Notes: generated by a model not told the origin, from the sequence alone. A stretch of DNA of 64,000 nt from Desulfobulbaceae bacterium DB1 (GCA_001914235.1 MQUF01000014.1:2005-66004); one strand, 5' to 3'; counted from the stretch's first letter, positions 46,603-57,850 are shown. Numbers and translations: made by a program.

Positions 46603-47868
46603 ATGCTATCAGATTTAAAAAGAATTATAGATCAGATCAGCCGCGACAAAGGTATTGACAGGCAATTGCTTGTTGAGGCCCTTGAAGAGGCTGTTCTTTC
46701 AGCCGCAAAAAAACGGTATGGTGCGCGGCGCGATATTGAAGTGAAGTTTAATGAGGATTTCGGCGAAGTCGAGCTGTTTCAGTTCCGCAAGGTTGTGGAG
46801 CAGGTTGAAGATGAACAAACCGAGGTCTCATTGGACGAGGCTTTACGGCTTGATCCTGAAGTGGAGCTGGGAGATGAGCTGGGCTCGAAGATGGAAAATG
46901 TTTCCGATCTTGGCCGGATTGCTGCCCAATCCGCCAAGCAGGTTATCATCCAGAAGATGAAGGATGCGGAAAAAGACGTTATTTTCGAGATGTACCGGGA
47001 TCGAAAAGGAGAGATTGTCAATGGTATTGTGCAGCGATTCGAGCGGGGCAATATCATCATTAATCTCGGCCGCACCGATGCCGTGCTGCCCAAAAAAGAA
47101 CAAATGCCCCGGCGTTCCTATCGGCAAGGCGATCGCATGCGTGCCTATCTGATGGATGTGCGACAGGATGTCCGCGATCAGCAGCTTATTTTAAGCCGTA
47201 CCTGCAAGGAGTTCCTGATTAAACTTTTTGAGATGGAAGTCCCGGAGATTTCAGAAGGCATTGTGAAAATTATCAGTGCCTGCCGAGAACCCGGCTCCCG
47301 GGCCAAAATCGCTGTTGCTTCTTCGGAGCCTGACGTGGATCCGGTCGGCGCCTGCGTCGGCATGAAGGGATCGCGGGTGCAAAATGTTGTTCAGGAGTTG
47401 CAGGGAGAAAAAATCGACATTGTCCCCTGGAATCCTGATCCTGCCAAATATGTCTCCAATGCCCTTGCTCCGGCACAGGTCTCCATGGTTGTTGTGGATG
47501 AGGATAAGAAAACGTTGCTGGTGGTTGTGCCCGATGATCAGCTTTCTCTGGCTATCGGCCGCCAGGGGCAGAATGTTCGGCTTGCTTCTCTTTTGCTCGG
47601 ATGGCGGATTGATGTGAAAAGTGAGCAGCGGTATGCGAAGATGCAGGAGGTTGGATTCCAGTCCTTGGTGAAAGTCAAAGGCCTGGGAGAAAAAACGGCG
47701 GAATCGCTTTATGATGGCGGCATTAATTCTTCACAGGAACTGGCGAAAGCCGAGGCTGAGGATATTGCAGGGCTGCTCGGTTGCAGCAAAGAAGATGCCC
47801 AGGCATTGAAGGAAGCGGCAGCTGCCCTTGTTCAGCCGGAGTCTGATTCCGACAGGAACGATGAGTAG
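46603..47868 (+). CDS. nusA: transcription termination/antitermination factor NusA
   Basis: 421 aa. S1 and KH domains (ACVGMKGSRVQNVVQELQGEKIDIV, LAIGRQGQNVRLAS). Confidence 0.95.
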   Translation: MLSDLKRIIDQISRDKGIDRQLLVEALEEAVLSAAKKRYGARRDIEVKFNEDFGEVELFQFRKVVEQVEDEQTEVSLDEALRLDPEVELGDELGSKMENVSDLGRIAAQSAKQVIIQKMKDAEKDVIFEMYRDRKGEIVNGIVQRFERGNIIINLGRTDAVLPKKEQMPRRSYRQGDRMRAYLMDVRQDVRDQQLILSRTCKEFLIKLFEMEVPEISEGIVKIISACREPGSRAKIAVASSEPDVDPVGACVGMKGSRVQNVVQELQGEKIDIVPWNPDPAKYVSNALAPAQVSMVVVDEDKKTLLVVVPDDQLSLAIGRQGQNVRLASLLLGWRIDVKSEQRYAKMQEVGFQSLVKVKGLGEKTAESLYDGGINSSQELAKAEAEDIAGLLGCSKEDAQALKEAAAALVQPESDSDRNDE

Positions 47869-47944
47869 GCAGTTGAAATGAGTCTAAGTGGGTCGTGGGC
47901 AGTCCCGGCTGGGCAAAAATATTGAGTCGTAAATTTGGGCAGCC

Positions 47945-48220
47945 GTGAAAGTTACAACAGCACACATTCCAATGCGAACATGTCTTGTCTGTGGGAATCA
48001 ATCTGCAAAGGACTCACTGCTGCGCTTGACGGCTCGCAACGGATTTATTGTGGTTGATGAAAAACAGGTGCGCGACGGTCGAGGAAGTTACTGCTGTAAG
48101 CGGAACGAATGTATTGCCGGCCTGCGGAAGAGAATAAAAAGATTGAATAAGGCACTGCATATCGAAGGATTCTCCTTGGGTGGTGATGTGCCGGACCATG
48201 ATAACTGTTGCTTTGCATAG
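47945..48220 (+). CDS. ylxR: YlxR/DUF448 family RNA-binding protein
   Basis: MRTCLVCG...GRGSYCC pattern. Sits between nusA and infB. Start is GTG 47945 or ATG 47972. Confidence 0.8.
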   Translation: MKVTTAHIPMRTCLVCGNQSAKDSLLRLTARNGFIVVDEKQVRDGRGSYCCKRNECIAGLRKRIKRLNKALHIEGFSLGGDVPDHDNCCFA

Positions 48221-48261
48221 CTGCGCAGTAAAATAGTTTGGAAGGGTGGTTTCAGGAGCAT

Positions 48262-51138
48262 ATGATGGGAAAAATTCGGGTATACGAGTTGGCCAAGGAA
48301 GCTGGTGTTGAAAGCAAGACGTTGACCGCTCAACTCATAGAAATGGGGTATAACATTCGTGCCTATAACTCATCCATTGATGAAGACATGGCTGAGGAAA
48401 TTCGTCACAAACTGGGTTTTAAAAAGGTCGAGGTGCAAGAGAAACGTATAGAGCAAAAAGGCCGCACCACGATCATCCGCCGACGGACACCGGTGGCCCC
48501 GGAAAGTATCGAGGCGGAACCGGAAGAGTATCTCGAGGATGAAATCCCCGGCATTGAAAGGGCAGCGGAGCAGAAGTTCGCCGAGGAGGCATCGGAAAAG
48601 GAAGTGGTGCAAGCTGAAGCCGTTGAAGAAATGATGACGGATGAGCAAATGCCGGCAGAAGCTGTTGTCCCGCCCATTGCGGTCCGCAAAGAGGGTGACG
48701 AAGCGCCGTCGGTTGTTGAACGGCAAACGAAGGTTGCCGCGCCGGAATCGGTGCGTGAAGAAAAGACGGAGGCATTGCCGGCCGAAGATGAGGGAGTGAT
48801 GGCGGAAAGTCAGGCAGTTGCCGAACCCCATGATGCAGGGCGTATTCGTCATGAACCGGAAGTGGAAGTGATTGCTGCGACAGTCCCTGTTGGAGGTGCG
48901 GTGCATGATGAGGTTGCTGCTGCCGCGCCGGAAAAAACCCCTGATGATGAAGCAGTCCAGGCGGCAACGAAGAGCGAATTGCCGCAACCTGTCAAAAGGA
49001 AAAAAGGATTGGCGAAAATTATCGGCCGCACCGAGATTCCTTTGCCTGTCGAGGAGGAAAAACCTCGGCCGAAAAAGGTGGAGAAACCTAAAAAAATCCA
49101 GGTCGCGCAGGTAACCGCTGAGGTCGAAACCCCGGCTGTTGATGATGGGGACAAAGGGAAAAAAGGAAAAAAAGGAAAACGCTTTGTGAAATTTGCTCCT
49201 GAACCCGGTGTCAGTCGGGTGAAAAAGGCGGGCAAACGCCAAGATGGAATTGATGTCGATGCTGACGAATTAGAACAATTAGGCGCCAGGATTGCCGCCG
49301 GCGTGCGTGTGATGCGCGGCCCTCGCGGTTCCAGAAAGAAAAAGCGCGAACGGGAACAGCTGCCAATCAGTGAAACAAAGGCGATCAAAAAACGAATCAA
49401 GGTGCTTGAAACGATTTCGGTTGGCGATCTTGCCCACCGAATGGGGGTCAAGTCCAACGAGATTATCGCCAAGCTCATCGGTCTCGGCATCATGGCCACG
49501 GTGAATCAGGCCCTTGATGTTGATACGGCGATGCTGGTGGCCAGCGATTTCGGCTTTGAGGTCGAGCAAGGCTTAACGGAAGAGCAATCCATTATCAATC
49601 TGGATCAGGCAGAAAGCGGTGGCGAGGCGATTCCCCGCCCCCCTGTTGTTACGGTTATGGGCCATGTCGACCACGGCAAGACCTCGATTCTCGATGCGAT
49701 CCGCAACACCGATGTTGCCGCAGGTGAAGCGGGCGGCATCACCCAGCATATCGGTGCCCACTATGTGCGATCCGCGAAAGGCGATCTGGTCTTTCTCGAC
49801 ACACCGGGTCATGCGGCTTTCACGGAAATGCGTTCCCGCGGTGCCCAGGTAACGGACGTTGTTGTTCTGGTTGTCGCCGCGGATGACGGCGTCATGGACC
49901 AGACCAAGGAAGCAATCAACCACGCCAAGGCTGCCGGGGTGCCGATTCTCGTTGCCGTCAACAAAATCGATAAACCGGATGCGGACCCGTCCAGGGTCAA
50001 GCGTGAACTTGCGGAATTAAATCTGTCCCCGGAAGAATGGGGAGGTGACACGATTTATTGCGAAACTTCCGCCAAAAAAGGTATCGGCATCGAAGAGCTG
50101 GTGGAAAACATCCTGTTGCAGACGGAGATTCTTGAACTCAAGGCTGACCCGAAAAGAAGGGCAAAAGGCTGGGTTATCGAAGCGCAGCTCCATAAAGGGC
50201 GTGGTCCGGTGGCCACCGTCTTGATCCAGCATGGGACTCTCCGGGTCGGCGATTATTTTGTCGCCGGCATTTACAGCGGCAAGGTGCGTTCGCTCACCGA
50301 CGACAAGGGACGGAAGATAAATGAGGCCGGACCCTCCATGCCGGTGGAAATCCAGGGACTCAGCGGTGTGCCGAAAGCGGGTGATGAGTTTGTCGTTGTC
50401 CCTGATGAAAAAATGGCGCGCAGTGTCAGCAATGACAGGCAGCTTAAAAGCAGGGAAAGCGAACTGGCCAGCAGCACGAAGATCTCTCTGGATAACCTGT
50501 TTGAAAGGATGCAGCAGGGAGAAACGAAAGAACTGCGAGTGGTGTTGCGGGCCGATGTTCAGGGTACTCTGGAGGCCTTCGGCAAGGCTATCGAGGAACT
50601 GAGTACCGATGAGATCAAGGTTAAGATTCTGCATTCCGGGACAGGGACCATCATTGAATCGGACGTTCTTCTGGCTGCCGCCTCGGATGCGCTGATCATT
50701 GGATTCAATGTCCGTCCCAGCGCCAAGGTTGTCGATATGGCCAAGACGGAAAATGTGGATCTGCGCTTCTATGACGTTATCTATCATGCCCTCGATGACA
50801 TTCGAAAGGCCATGGTTGGTCTGTTGGAGCCGACGTTTGAGGAAAAGGTCATCGGCACGGCGGAAGTGAGGGATACATTCACCGTCCCCAAGATCGGCAC
50901 CATTGCCGGTTGTTATGTGACGGTTGGCAAAATAGAAAGAAATGCGCATGTTCGCTTGTTGCGTGATGGTATTGTCGTTTATACTGGCAGAATATCGTCC
51001 CTTCGGCGGTTCAAGGATGACGCCAAGGAAGTTCAGGCCGGCTATGAATGCGGCGCGGGAATTGAGAATTACAATGATATAAAGGTCGGCGATCTGCTTG
51101 AAGCTTTCATTATGGAAAAAACCGAGGCTCAACTGTAA
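48262..51138 (+). CDS. infB: translation initiation factor IF-2
   Basis: [14 protein letters not shown]-terminus. Acidic/basic low-complexity linker. G-domain [23 protein letters not shown]. Confidence 0.95.
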   Translation: MMGKIRVYELAKEAGVESKTLTAQLIEMGYNIRAYNSSIDEDMAEEIRHKLGFKKVEVQEKRIEQKGRTTIIRRRTPVAPESIEAEPEEYLEDEIPGIERAAEQKFAEEASEKEVVQAEAVEEMMTDEQMPAEAVVPPIAVRKEGDEAPSVVERQTKVAAPESVREEKTEALPAEDEGVMAESQAVAEPHDAGRIRHEPEVEVIAATVPVGGAVHDEVAAAAPEKTPDDEAVQAATKSELPQPVKRKKGLAKIIGRTEIPLPVEEEKPRPKKVEKPKKIQVAQVTAEVETPAVDDGDKGKKGKKGKRFVKFAPEPGVSRVKKAGKRQDGIDVDADELEQLGARIAAGVRVMRGPRGSRKKKREREQLPISETKAIKKRIKVLETISVGDLAHRMGVKSNEIIAKLIGLGIMATVNQALDVDTAMLVASDFGFEVEQGLTEEQSIINLDQAESGGEAIPRPPVVTVMGHVDHGKTSILDAIRNTDVAAGEAGGITQHIGAHYVRSAKGDLVFLDTPGHAAFTEMRSRGAQVTDVVVLVVAADDGVMDQTKEAINHAKAAGVPILVAVNKIDKPDADPSRVKRELAELNLSPEEWGGDTIYCETSAKKGIGIEELVENILLQTEILELKADPKRRAKGWVIEAQLHKGRGPVATVLIQHGTLRVGDYFVAGIYSGKVRSLTDDKGRKINEAGPSMPVEIQGLSGVPKAGDEFVVVPDEKMARSVSNDRQLKSRESELASSTKISLDNLFERMQQGETKELRVVLRADVQGTLEAFGKAIEELSTDEIKVKILHSGTGTIIESDVLLAAASDALIIGFNVRPSAKVVDMAKTENVDLRFYDVIYHALDDIRKAMVGLLEPTFEEKVIGTAEVRDTFTVPKIGTIAGCYVTVGKIERNAHVRLLRDGIVVYTGRISSLRRFKDDAKEVQAGYECGAGIENYNDIKVGDLLEAFIMEKTEAQL

Positions 51139-51158
51139 TTGTCTTGCGGAGAACGTCT

Positions 51159-51569
51159 ATGGTTGCAGCAAGAGAAAAATCGCGTTTCACTTTGCCTGAG
51201 GGCCTTGTTTCCGGTCCAAAAAGACGGCCCATACGGGTGGCGGATGCCATCAGAAACGAAATAGCCGTACTTTTTCTTTACAAAGTGAATGATCCGGCCT
51301 TGCGGGAAGTGACGATAATTCATGTTATCGTAAGCAAGGATTTGAAGCAGGCAAAAATTTATTACAGCTGCGCCAAGGAAAAAATCAAGCAGGTAAAAAT
51401 CGGACTGGAAAGGGCGAAAGGATTTATTCGCACGCATCTGGCCGGCCAATTGCAGATGCGCCATGTGCCTGAGCTTCTGTTCTTTCAGGACAAATCCATC
51501 GATCATGATGAAAAGATGCAGAAGCTGTTTCAGGAGATAGCCGCCGAAAATGAAACAGGAACTAAGTGA
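51159..51569 (+). CDS. rbfA: ribosome-binding factor A
   Basis: RVADAIRNEIAVLF...VSKDLKQAKIYYS pattern. Position after infB. Start uncertain (TTG 51144 or ATG 51159). Confidence 0.85.
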   Translation: MVAAREKSRFTLPEGLVSGPKRRPIRVADAIRNEIAVLFLYKVNDPALREVTIIHVIVSKDLKQAKIYYSCAKEKIKQVKIGLERAKGFIRTHLAGQLQMRHVPELLFFQDKSIDHDEKMQKLFQEIAAENETGTK

Positions 51570-52524
51570 GATAATTTCGGTTTTCCGGAAGGCGCGGAAC
51601 ATTCTGATCGCTACCCATGTTTTTCCGGATGTCGATGCGCTTGGCTCGCAGCTGGCCCTGGGCAATGTTTTGCGTTCAATGGGCAAGCAGGTTTATCTGT
51701 ACAGCGAAGAGCCGGCTCATTATATTCTTGAGTTTCTCCCCGGTTCCGATCGGCTTGATGTCGGCGTGCCGCCGACAGGCGGGTTTGATTGCGGCATAGC
51801 GCTCGATTGCGGTGATGATTTTCGGCTCGGCAAGGCAAAAGACACCCTGCTGCAAGTTGATCCCTTCGTGGTCATCGATCATCACACCGGCCATAAAAAT
51901 TTCGGCCACTTTCGCTGGGTTGATTCGAGAAAATCCTCCACCGGCGAGATGGTCTATGATTTGATCATGGCCATGGGTGAAAAAATTGATTATGAGACTG
52001 CCTATTGTCTCTACTCGGCCATTGTCTCGGATACGGGTTCGTTCAAGTATGCGTCGACTTCAGCCGATACGTTGCGGGTTGCCGGCGACTTGGTGGCTCG
52101 CGGGGTCAAACCTGCGGAAATATCAGGGAAAATATTTGACAATTTTACCCGCAATCGTCTCGAATTGCTGCAGGAAGTTCTTGCCTCGCTGACGCTGTAT
52201 GAAGAGGACCGGCTGGCTGTTATTGCCGTAACCCGTGAACTTTATGAAAAAACGGGAACGACCGCCGCGGACACGGAGCTTTTCATCAATTACCCGCGAT
52301 CCTTGGAAACGGTCAAGATTGCCGCCTTTATCAAGGAATCGAAGGATGTTGTCGGGGTGAGTTTGCGTTCCAAGGGAGAGTATGACGTGGCCGAGGTGGC
52401 GCGGAAGTTCGGCGGCGGCGGACATCGAAATGCCTCCGGGTTTAAGGTGGGCGGCAAGAGTATTGCCCGGATTCGTGAAGAGCTGCTGGCGGAACTGCAT
52501 CTTCTGTTGCAGGAAGAGAAGTAG
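51550..52524 (+). CDS. nrnA: DHH/DHHA1 phosphoesterase (NrnA-like oligoribonuclease/pAp phosphatase)
   Basis: 324 aa. DVDALGS, VIDHH and GGGH motifs. Confidence 0.8.
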   Translation: MKQELSEIISVFRKARNILIATHVFPDVDALGSQLALGNVLRSMGKQVYLYSEEPAHYILEFLPGSDRLDVGVPPTGGFDCGIALDCGDDFRLGKAKDTLLQVDPFVVIDHHTGHKNFGHFRWVDSRKSSTGEMVYDLIMAMGEKIDYETAYCLYSAIVSDTGSFKYASTSADTLRVAGDLVARGVKPAEISGKIFDNFTRNRLELLQEVLASLTLYEEDRLAVIAVTRELYEKTGTTAADTELFINYPRSLETVKIAAFIKESKDVVGVSLRSKGEYDVAEVARKFGGGGHRNASGFKVGGKSIARIREELLAELHLLLQEEK

Positions 52525-52527
52525 CGA

Positions 52528-53250
52528 ATGCAGCAACAGCAGGCCGGCTTTTTTCTGCTTGATAAACCGGTGGGACCAACCTCATTTAAGATGGTGCATC
52601 TGGTGAAACGGATTCTGCGGATCAAAAAGATCGGCCACGCCGGGACCCTTGATCCTTTTGCCTCTGGTTTGCTGATCATCTGTGTCGGGCGCAACGCCAC
52701 AAAACGCATCTCCTTCTTGATGGACGGCGAAAAAGAGTATAGCGCCACTTTGAAACTCGGCATTGAAACCGATACTCAGGATTTGACCGGCGAGGTTGTC
52801 GGCCGCCGTGAGGTTGCGGGAATAACCGCCGCATTGGTTGAGCGGTGTCTGCAATCGTTCGTCGGCGAGCAGTTGCAGGCGCCGCCTGCTTTTTCCGCTT
52901 TGAAATATAAGGGAAAACCCTTGTATTATTACGCGAGAAAGGGCATAAAGGTGGCAAAGGACCCGCGTACCGTTTTTATCCGCGAGATTGAAGCCCTTGG
53001 CTTGCAGGATGATCTCTTGCGTATCCGGGTTATTTGCGGAAAAGGAACCTACATCCGGACGCTGGCGGCCGATATCGGCAGGCAACTCGGCTGCGGTGCG
53101 CATCTTGTCGAGTTACGGCGGCTGCGCAGCGGGTTATATTCAGTGGATGAAGCCCTGCCCGGCGATCGACTCGTCGGTGATCGGGAAGACGGCTATCAAC
53201 TTTTGTTGCAATATTTGCGTCCTGTCGATGATATTGTCGCAGGATGTTAG
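52528..53250 (+). CDS. truB: tRNA pseudouridine(55) synthase
   Basis: 240 aa. GFFLLDKPVGPTS, GHAGTLDPFASGLL (catalytic Asp). Confidence 0.93.
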   Translation: MQQQQAGFFLLDKPVGPTSFKMVHLVKRILRIKKIGHAGTLDPFASGLLIICVGRNATKRISFLMDGEKEYSATLKLGIETDTQDLTGEVVGRREVAGITAALVERCLQSFVGEQLQAPPAFSALKYKGKPLYYYARKGIKVAKDPRTVFIREIEALGLQDDLLRIRVICGKGTYIRTLAADIGRQLGCGAHLVELRRLRSGLYSVDEALPGDRLVGDREDGYQLLLQYLRPVDDIVAGC

Positions 53251-53306
53251 AACTCATGGCATTATGTAAATAAAACAAAGCTATTATTGTGTAGGAGGAT
53301 ATAGAA

Positions 53307-53576
53307 GTGACAATGCAACCAGCTCAGAAACAAGAAATTATTGAAAAGTTCGCCACCCACAAAGGCGATACCGGTTCCCCCGAGGTGCAGGTGGCGCTGC
53401 TCAGCGCGCGCATAACCTATTTGACCGAACATTTTCAGTCCCATAAAAAGGACCATCACTCCCGCCGCGGTTTGTTGAAGCTGGTCGGTCAGAGAAGAAG
53501 ATTGCTTAATTACCTCAAGGGAAAAAGTGTTGATCGATACCGTAACGTGATCAAGGAACTCGGTATCAGAAAGTAG
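53307..53576 (+). CDS. rpsO: 30S ribosomal protein S15
   Basis: [60 protein letters not shown]. Confidence 0.97.
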   Translation: MTMQPAQKQEIIEKFATHKGDTGSPEVQVALLSARITYLTEHFQSHKKDHHSRRGLLKLVGQRRRLLNYLKGKSVDRYRNVIKELGIRK

Positions 53577-53724
53577 AATCCGACTTTGTGGCTGCTGGAT
53601 TCGCAAAAATTCCCTTCGGGCAATGGAACGTCTTTTTTTCTGTTTGCCTGTGTGGCCTCCATTGCGGCAATGGGATTTTTGCGAATAGCGCCCATCGGCA
53701 GGTTTTTTTGTAAAATATGGAGAG

Positions 53725-53759
53725 GTCCAGGGTTCTCAAGGGTTCCCTGGACTTTTATT
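53725..53759 (+). terminator. intrinsic terminator in the rpsO-pnp spacer
   Basis: gtccaggg / ccctggac 8-bp stem with a 12-nt loop, followed by ttttatt. Confidence 0.6.
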
Positions 53760-53771
53760 GTTTAAAACGGG

Positions 53772-53830
53772 TTACGAATTAGGACTGAGCATTTATTCGG
53801 GCAGAATGAATGTTCAGTCGTAGTTCGTAA
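53772..53830 (+). promoter_or_regulatory. long near-perfect hairpin in the pnp 5' leader (putative RNase III processing/autoregulation site)
   Basis: About 26 bp pair between 53772-53797 and 53805-53830, with one mismatch and a few G-U pairs, around a 7-nt loop. Analogous in position to the E. coli pnp leader hairpin. Confidence 0.5.
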
Positions 53831-53937
53831 TCCGGCAAAGGAACGGTTTTCAGGACAAAGTGCGTGCTCCCCCGCAACGTTGCCGTTATCGGCGACAGGC
53901 GTGGAACACGGTTTGACCGGCCGTTAAAAGGTGATGT

Positions 53938-56031
53938 ATGTATAAAAAAGTAGAAGTCGAGGTTGGCGGTCGGATCTTTACCATTGAAACAGGAAAAATG
54001 GCCAAGCAGGCCAATGGTTCGGTGGTTGTCAGCTATGGTGAAAGTGTTGTTCTGGTAACGGCGACGGCTGCCAGGGAAGGACGACCCGATATTGATTTTT
54101 TTCCGCTGACGGTGGAATACCAGGAGCGGTTTTATGCCGTGGGCCGAATCCCGGGCAGTTACTTCCGCCGGGAGATAGGCCGCCCGACGGAAAAGGAAAC
54201 ATTGACGTGTCGTTTTATTGACCGGCCTTTGCGTCCGCTCTTTGCCGCCGGTTATAAGAATGAAACGCAGGTTATTGCCACTGTTTTGTCCGCCGACAAG
54301 GAGAATGACCCGGACATTATGGCGATGGTGGGTGCATCAGCTGCATTGACCATTTCCAATATCCCCTTTCTGGGTCCCATTGCCGGGGTCCGGGTGGGCT
54401 ATATCAACGGCGAGTATGTGCTTAATCCCAGCAAGGAGCAGTTGACCGATTCCCGTTTGGATCTGATCGTGGCCGGCAGCCGTAATGCCGTGGTCATGGT
54501 CGAGGGTGGCGCGGACAATCTTTCCGAGGATGAAGTGCTTTCCGGTATTTATTTCGGCCATGAAGGTCTGCAGCCGCTGCTTGATATACAGGAAGAGCTG
54601 CGCCGGGAAGTCGGCCGGGAGAAAATTGCCGTCACTGTGCCTGAAATCGATCAGGAGTTGCAGAAGAAGATCGCGGATATCGCCTCCGCCGGGATGGAAA
54701 CGGTCATCACCACCGCGGATAAAATGAAACGCGGTGAGCTCTACCATGAACTGGAGAGCACCATCTTGGCCGAACTGGCAAAAGATGAAGCGTTCAGTGC
54801 CCAGGCCGAAGCGAAATCCCTGCTTCATGACCTGCAGAAGACGATGATGCGCAATATGATTGTTCATGACCAGAAGCGCATTGATGGTAGAAGTTTTGCT
54901 GATATCCGTCCCATCAGCAGCGAAATAGCCATTCTGCCGCGAGTCCATGGGTCGGCACTGTTCACCAGAGGTGAAACTCAGGCCCTTGTCACCTCAACGC
55001 TGGGCAGCGGAGAGGATGAACAAAAAGTTGAAACCCTTGGCGGCATGGAAAATCTGCCTTTCATGCTCCACTATAATTTCCCGCCTTTTTGTGTCGGCGA
55101 GGTCCGTTTCATGCGCGGCCCCAGCCGCAGGGATATCGGTCACGGCGCCCTGGCCACCAGGGCTATCCAGGCCATTCTCCCTGATAACGGCACTTTCCCC
55201 TATACAATCAGGATCGTTTCGGACGTGTTGGAGTCAAACGGTTCTTCCTCCATGGCCACGGTTTGCGGCGGCTGTCTTTCCCTGATGGATGCGGGCGTGC
55301 CGATTAAACAGCCTGTTTCCGGTGTTGCCATGGGCCTCATCAAGGACGGCGATAATGTTGTCGTCTTGTCTGATATCCTCGGCGATGAGGATCATCTCGG
55401 GGATATGGATTTCAAGGTGTGCGGCACGGCGGACGGCATCACCGCGCTGCAGATGGACATAAAAATTGAAGGGATTTCCAAGGAAATCATGACAAAGGCC
55501 CTTGAGCAGGCAAAAACCGGGCGGTTGCATATTCTCGGCAAAATGAGCGAGGCCATCAAGGAGCCGCGGGCAAAACTTCCCGAGCATGCGCCGAAAATCT
55601 TCACCATGCAGATCAATCCCGATAAGATCCGCGACCTGATCGGCCCGGGGGGCAAGATGATCAAGTCAATCACCGCCGAGTACGGGGTGAAAATCGATGT
55701 GGAGGACTCCGGCAAGGTCATGATTTTCGCGCCGGACGGAATTGTCGGGCAAAAGGTATATGACCGGGTCAGCGAAATAACCGCCGAGGTTGAAGTCGGC
55801 AGGATTTATACCGGCAAGGTTCAGAAAATCGTTGATTTCGGGGCCTTTGTCGAAATTCTGCCGGGAACCGACGGGCTCATTCATATCTCTGAGCTGGATA
55901 ACAAGCGGGTTGAAAAGGTCACCGATATCCTGCAGGAAGGGGATGAGGTTACGGTGAAAGTGCTGAATGTCGATCAGCGCGGCAAGATCCGCTTGAGCCG
56001 TAAGGCAGCCATTGCCGAGATGGAAGGATAA
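53938..56031 (+). CDS. pnp: polyribonucleotide nucleotidyltransferase (PNPase)
   Basis: 697 aa. Two RNase PH domains plus KH and S1 (IYTGKVQKIVDFGAFVEILPGTDGLIHISEL). Confidence 0.97.
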   Translation: MYKKVEVEVGGRIFTIETGKMAKQANGSVVVSYGESVVLVTATAAREGRPDIDFFPLTVEYQERFYAVGRIPGSYFRREIGRPTEKETLTCRFIDRPLRPLFAAGYKNETQVIATVLSADKENDPDIMAMVGASAALTISNIPFLGPIAGVRVGYINGEYVLNPSKEQLTDSRLDLIVAGSRNAVVMVEGGADNLSEDEVLSGIYFGHEGLQPLLDIQEELRREVGREKIAVTVPEIDQELQKKIADIASAGMETVITTADKMKRGELYHELESTILAELAKDEAFSAQAEAKSLLHDLQKTMMRNMIVHDQKRIDGRSFADIRPISSEIAILPRVHGSALFTRGETQALVTSTLGSGEDEQKVETLGGMENLPFMLHYNFPPFCVGEVRFMRGPSRRDIGHGALATRAIQAILPDNGTFPYTIRIVSDVLESNGSSSMATVCGGCLSLMDAGVPIKQPVSGVAMGLIKDGDNVVVLSDILGDEDHLGDMDFKVCGTADGITALQMDIKIEGISKEIMTKALEQAKTGRLHILGKMSEAIKEPRAKLPEHAPKIFTMQINPDKIRDLIGPGGKMIKSITAEYGVKIDVEDSGKVMIFAPDGIVGQKVYDRVSEITAEVEVGRIYTGKVQKIVDFGAFVEILPGTDGLIHISELDNKRVEKVTDILQEGDEVTVKVLNVDQRGKIRLSRKAAIAEMEG

Positions 56032-56047
56032 GCGGCGCAACGTGTCC

Positions 56048-57328
56048 ATGCTGCGTAAAACGGTTTTAGACAATGGGATCCGTGTCGTCACCGAACACAT
56101 ATCCCACGCCCGCACAGTGAGCGTCGGCATCTGGGTAGATGTCGGCGCCCGGGATGAGCATGATCTGACCAATGGGTGTTCCCATTTTGTCGAGCACATG
56201 CTTTTTAAGGGCACGCCGACGCGCAGCGCCGGGCAGATCGCCATGGAGCTCGATGTGCTGGGCGGCACGGCGAACGCCTTTACCGGCAAGGATGCCACCT
56301 GCTACTATGCCACCGTGCTTGACACGCAACTTCCGCGTCTGCTTGATTTGTTTGCTGATTTTTTTCTCAACTCTTTTTTTGATCCGGAAGAGGTTGAACG
56401 GGAAAAACAGGTCATTCAGCAGGAAATCAGCATGGTGGAGGATACGCCGGAAGAACAGATCCATGATCTGTTCGAAGGGCTGCTCTGGGGGCATCATCCA
56501 CTGGGCAATACCATTCTCGGTTCGCTTGAAGTGGTGTCCCGCATGGACAGGCAGAAGCTGCTTGACCATATGCGCAACTTTTATACCCCGGGGCAGGTCG
56601 TTTTTGCCGCGGCCGGCAATCTGGATCATGAAAATTTTTGCGGTCGGCTTAACGCTCTCTTTTCCTCGCTGCACAAGTCAGAGGCCCTTTTTCGCGGCGA
56701 GCGGAAAATGCCCCAGGAACTTCCCGTGGTGCAGAAGGTGTTTTCCAAGCCGCTTGAGCAGGCTCATGTGGCGCTGGGAACCTATGGACTTGATGTCAGT
56801 TCGCCGGACCGCTACAAGTTGATGATCCTCAATATAATTCTGGGCGGGAACATGAGTTCGCGCCTTTTTCAGGAAATCCGGGAAAAAAGAGGGCTTGCCT
56901 ATTCTGTTCATTCCTATCTGGATTCCTACCAGGACAGCGGCTACCTCGGCGTTTATCTTGGCGTCAATCCCGCCAACGTCAATCATTCTCTTCAGGTGAT
57001 CCGGGCTGAGCTCTGCAAGCTCTGCCATGAACCCGTTAGCGCAATCGAGCTGTCCAATGCCCGCGATTATGCCCGGGCCGGACTGTTTCTTGCGGCTGAA
57101 AACATGGAAATGCGGATGACGCGACTGGCCAGGAACGAACTTTATTTCGGCCGCGATGTCTCCTACGACGAAGTGCTGCGGGAGTTCGACCTGGTGACGG
57201 CGGAGGACGTCTGCCGCCTGGCCGGGCGGCTTTTCTCCAAGGGCATGACTACAGCCGTTCTCGCTCCCTTATCAGCGGCGGACGTCGATCTGCACTTTCC
57301 GGCAGGATTCACTTTGCAGGCGGTCTGA
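56048..57328 (+). CDS. M16 family zinc peptidase (insulinase-like)
   Basis: HFVEHMLFKGT inverted zincin HxxEH motif. About 426 aa from MLRKTVLDNG. Confidence 0.88.
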   Translation: MLRKTVLDNGIRVVTEHISHARTVSVGIWVDVGARDEHDLTNGCSHFVEHMLFKGTPTRSAGQIAMELDVLGGTANAFTGKDATCYYATVLDTQLPRLLDLFADFFLNSFFDPEEVEREKQVIQQEISMVEDTPEEQIHDLFEGLLWGHHPLGNTILGSLEVVSRMDRQKLLDHMRNFYTPGQVVFAAAGNLDHENFCGRLNALFSSLHKSEALFRGERKMPQELPVVQKVFSKPLEQAHVALGTYGLDVSSPDRYKLMILNIILGGNMSSRLFQEIREKRGLAYSVHSYLDSYQDSGYLGVYLGVNPANVNHSLQVIRAELCKLCHEPVSAIELSNARDYARAGLFLAAENMEMRMTRLARNELYFGRDVSYDEVLREFDLVTAEDVCRLAGRLFSKGMTTAVLAPLSAADVDLHFPAGFTLQAV

Positions 57329-57378
57329 AGGCGGAGATCCTGTACTTTTTTTAGAACGTTCAAGTCCGGTGAATTCTC

Positions 57379-57840
57379 ATGTCCCCCGATCCTGTTTTGC
57401 TGTCCCTGCGTTGGCTGGATCCTGAAAAAAGTAAGGACCTGGCTTTGCCCGCCTATCATTCAGATCTTGCCGCCGGCATGGATGTCGCGGCGGCAATTAC
57501 TTCTCCTCTTGCCCTGGAACCCGGGGAAATCATTCTGGTCCCCACCGGTTTTGCCGTTGCCGTCCCCGCCGGTTATGAGCTGCAGGTGCGTCCGCGCAGC
57601 GGGCTTGCCGTGAAGCATGGAGTCACCGTGATTAACAGTCCGGGAACCGTTGATGCCGATTACCGCGGAGAGGTGAAAGTCGGCCTTGTCAACCTGAGCC
57701 GCGCAACGTTCACCGTCAATCGGGGCGACCGAATCGCGCAGCTGGTGCTGGCCCCGGTATGTCGGGCAAGGATTCATGTCGTCGAGGTTCTCGATGTCAC
57801 GGAAAGAGGGGAAGGCGGTTTCGGCCATTCCGGCCGTTGA
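57379..57840 (+). CDS. dut: dUTP diphosphatase
   Basis: 153 aa. AAGMDV, RPRSGLAVKHGVTVINSPGTVDADYRGE, GGFGHSG. Confidence 0.93.
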   Translation: MSPDPVLLSLRWLDPEKSKDLALPAYHSDLAAGMDVAAAITSPLALEPGEIILVPTGFAVAVPAGYELQVRPRSGLAVKHGVTVINSPGTVDADYRGEVKVGLVNLSRATFTVNRGDRIAQLVLAPVCRARIHVVEVLDVTERGEGGFGHSGR

Positions 57841-57850
57841 AGGAGGACGA

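Noticed and set aside
48370-49499. Cluster of overlapping minus-strand ORFs (290, 216 and 164 aa) and apparent repetitiveness under the infB 5' region
   Set aside because: They mirror the Glu/Lys/Ala/Pro low-complexity linker of IF-2. The repetitiveness is compositional, not a tandem repeat or array.
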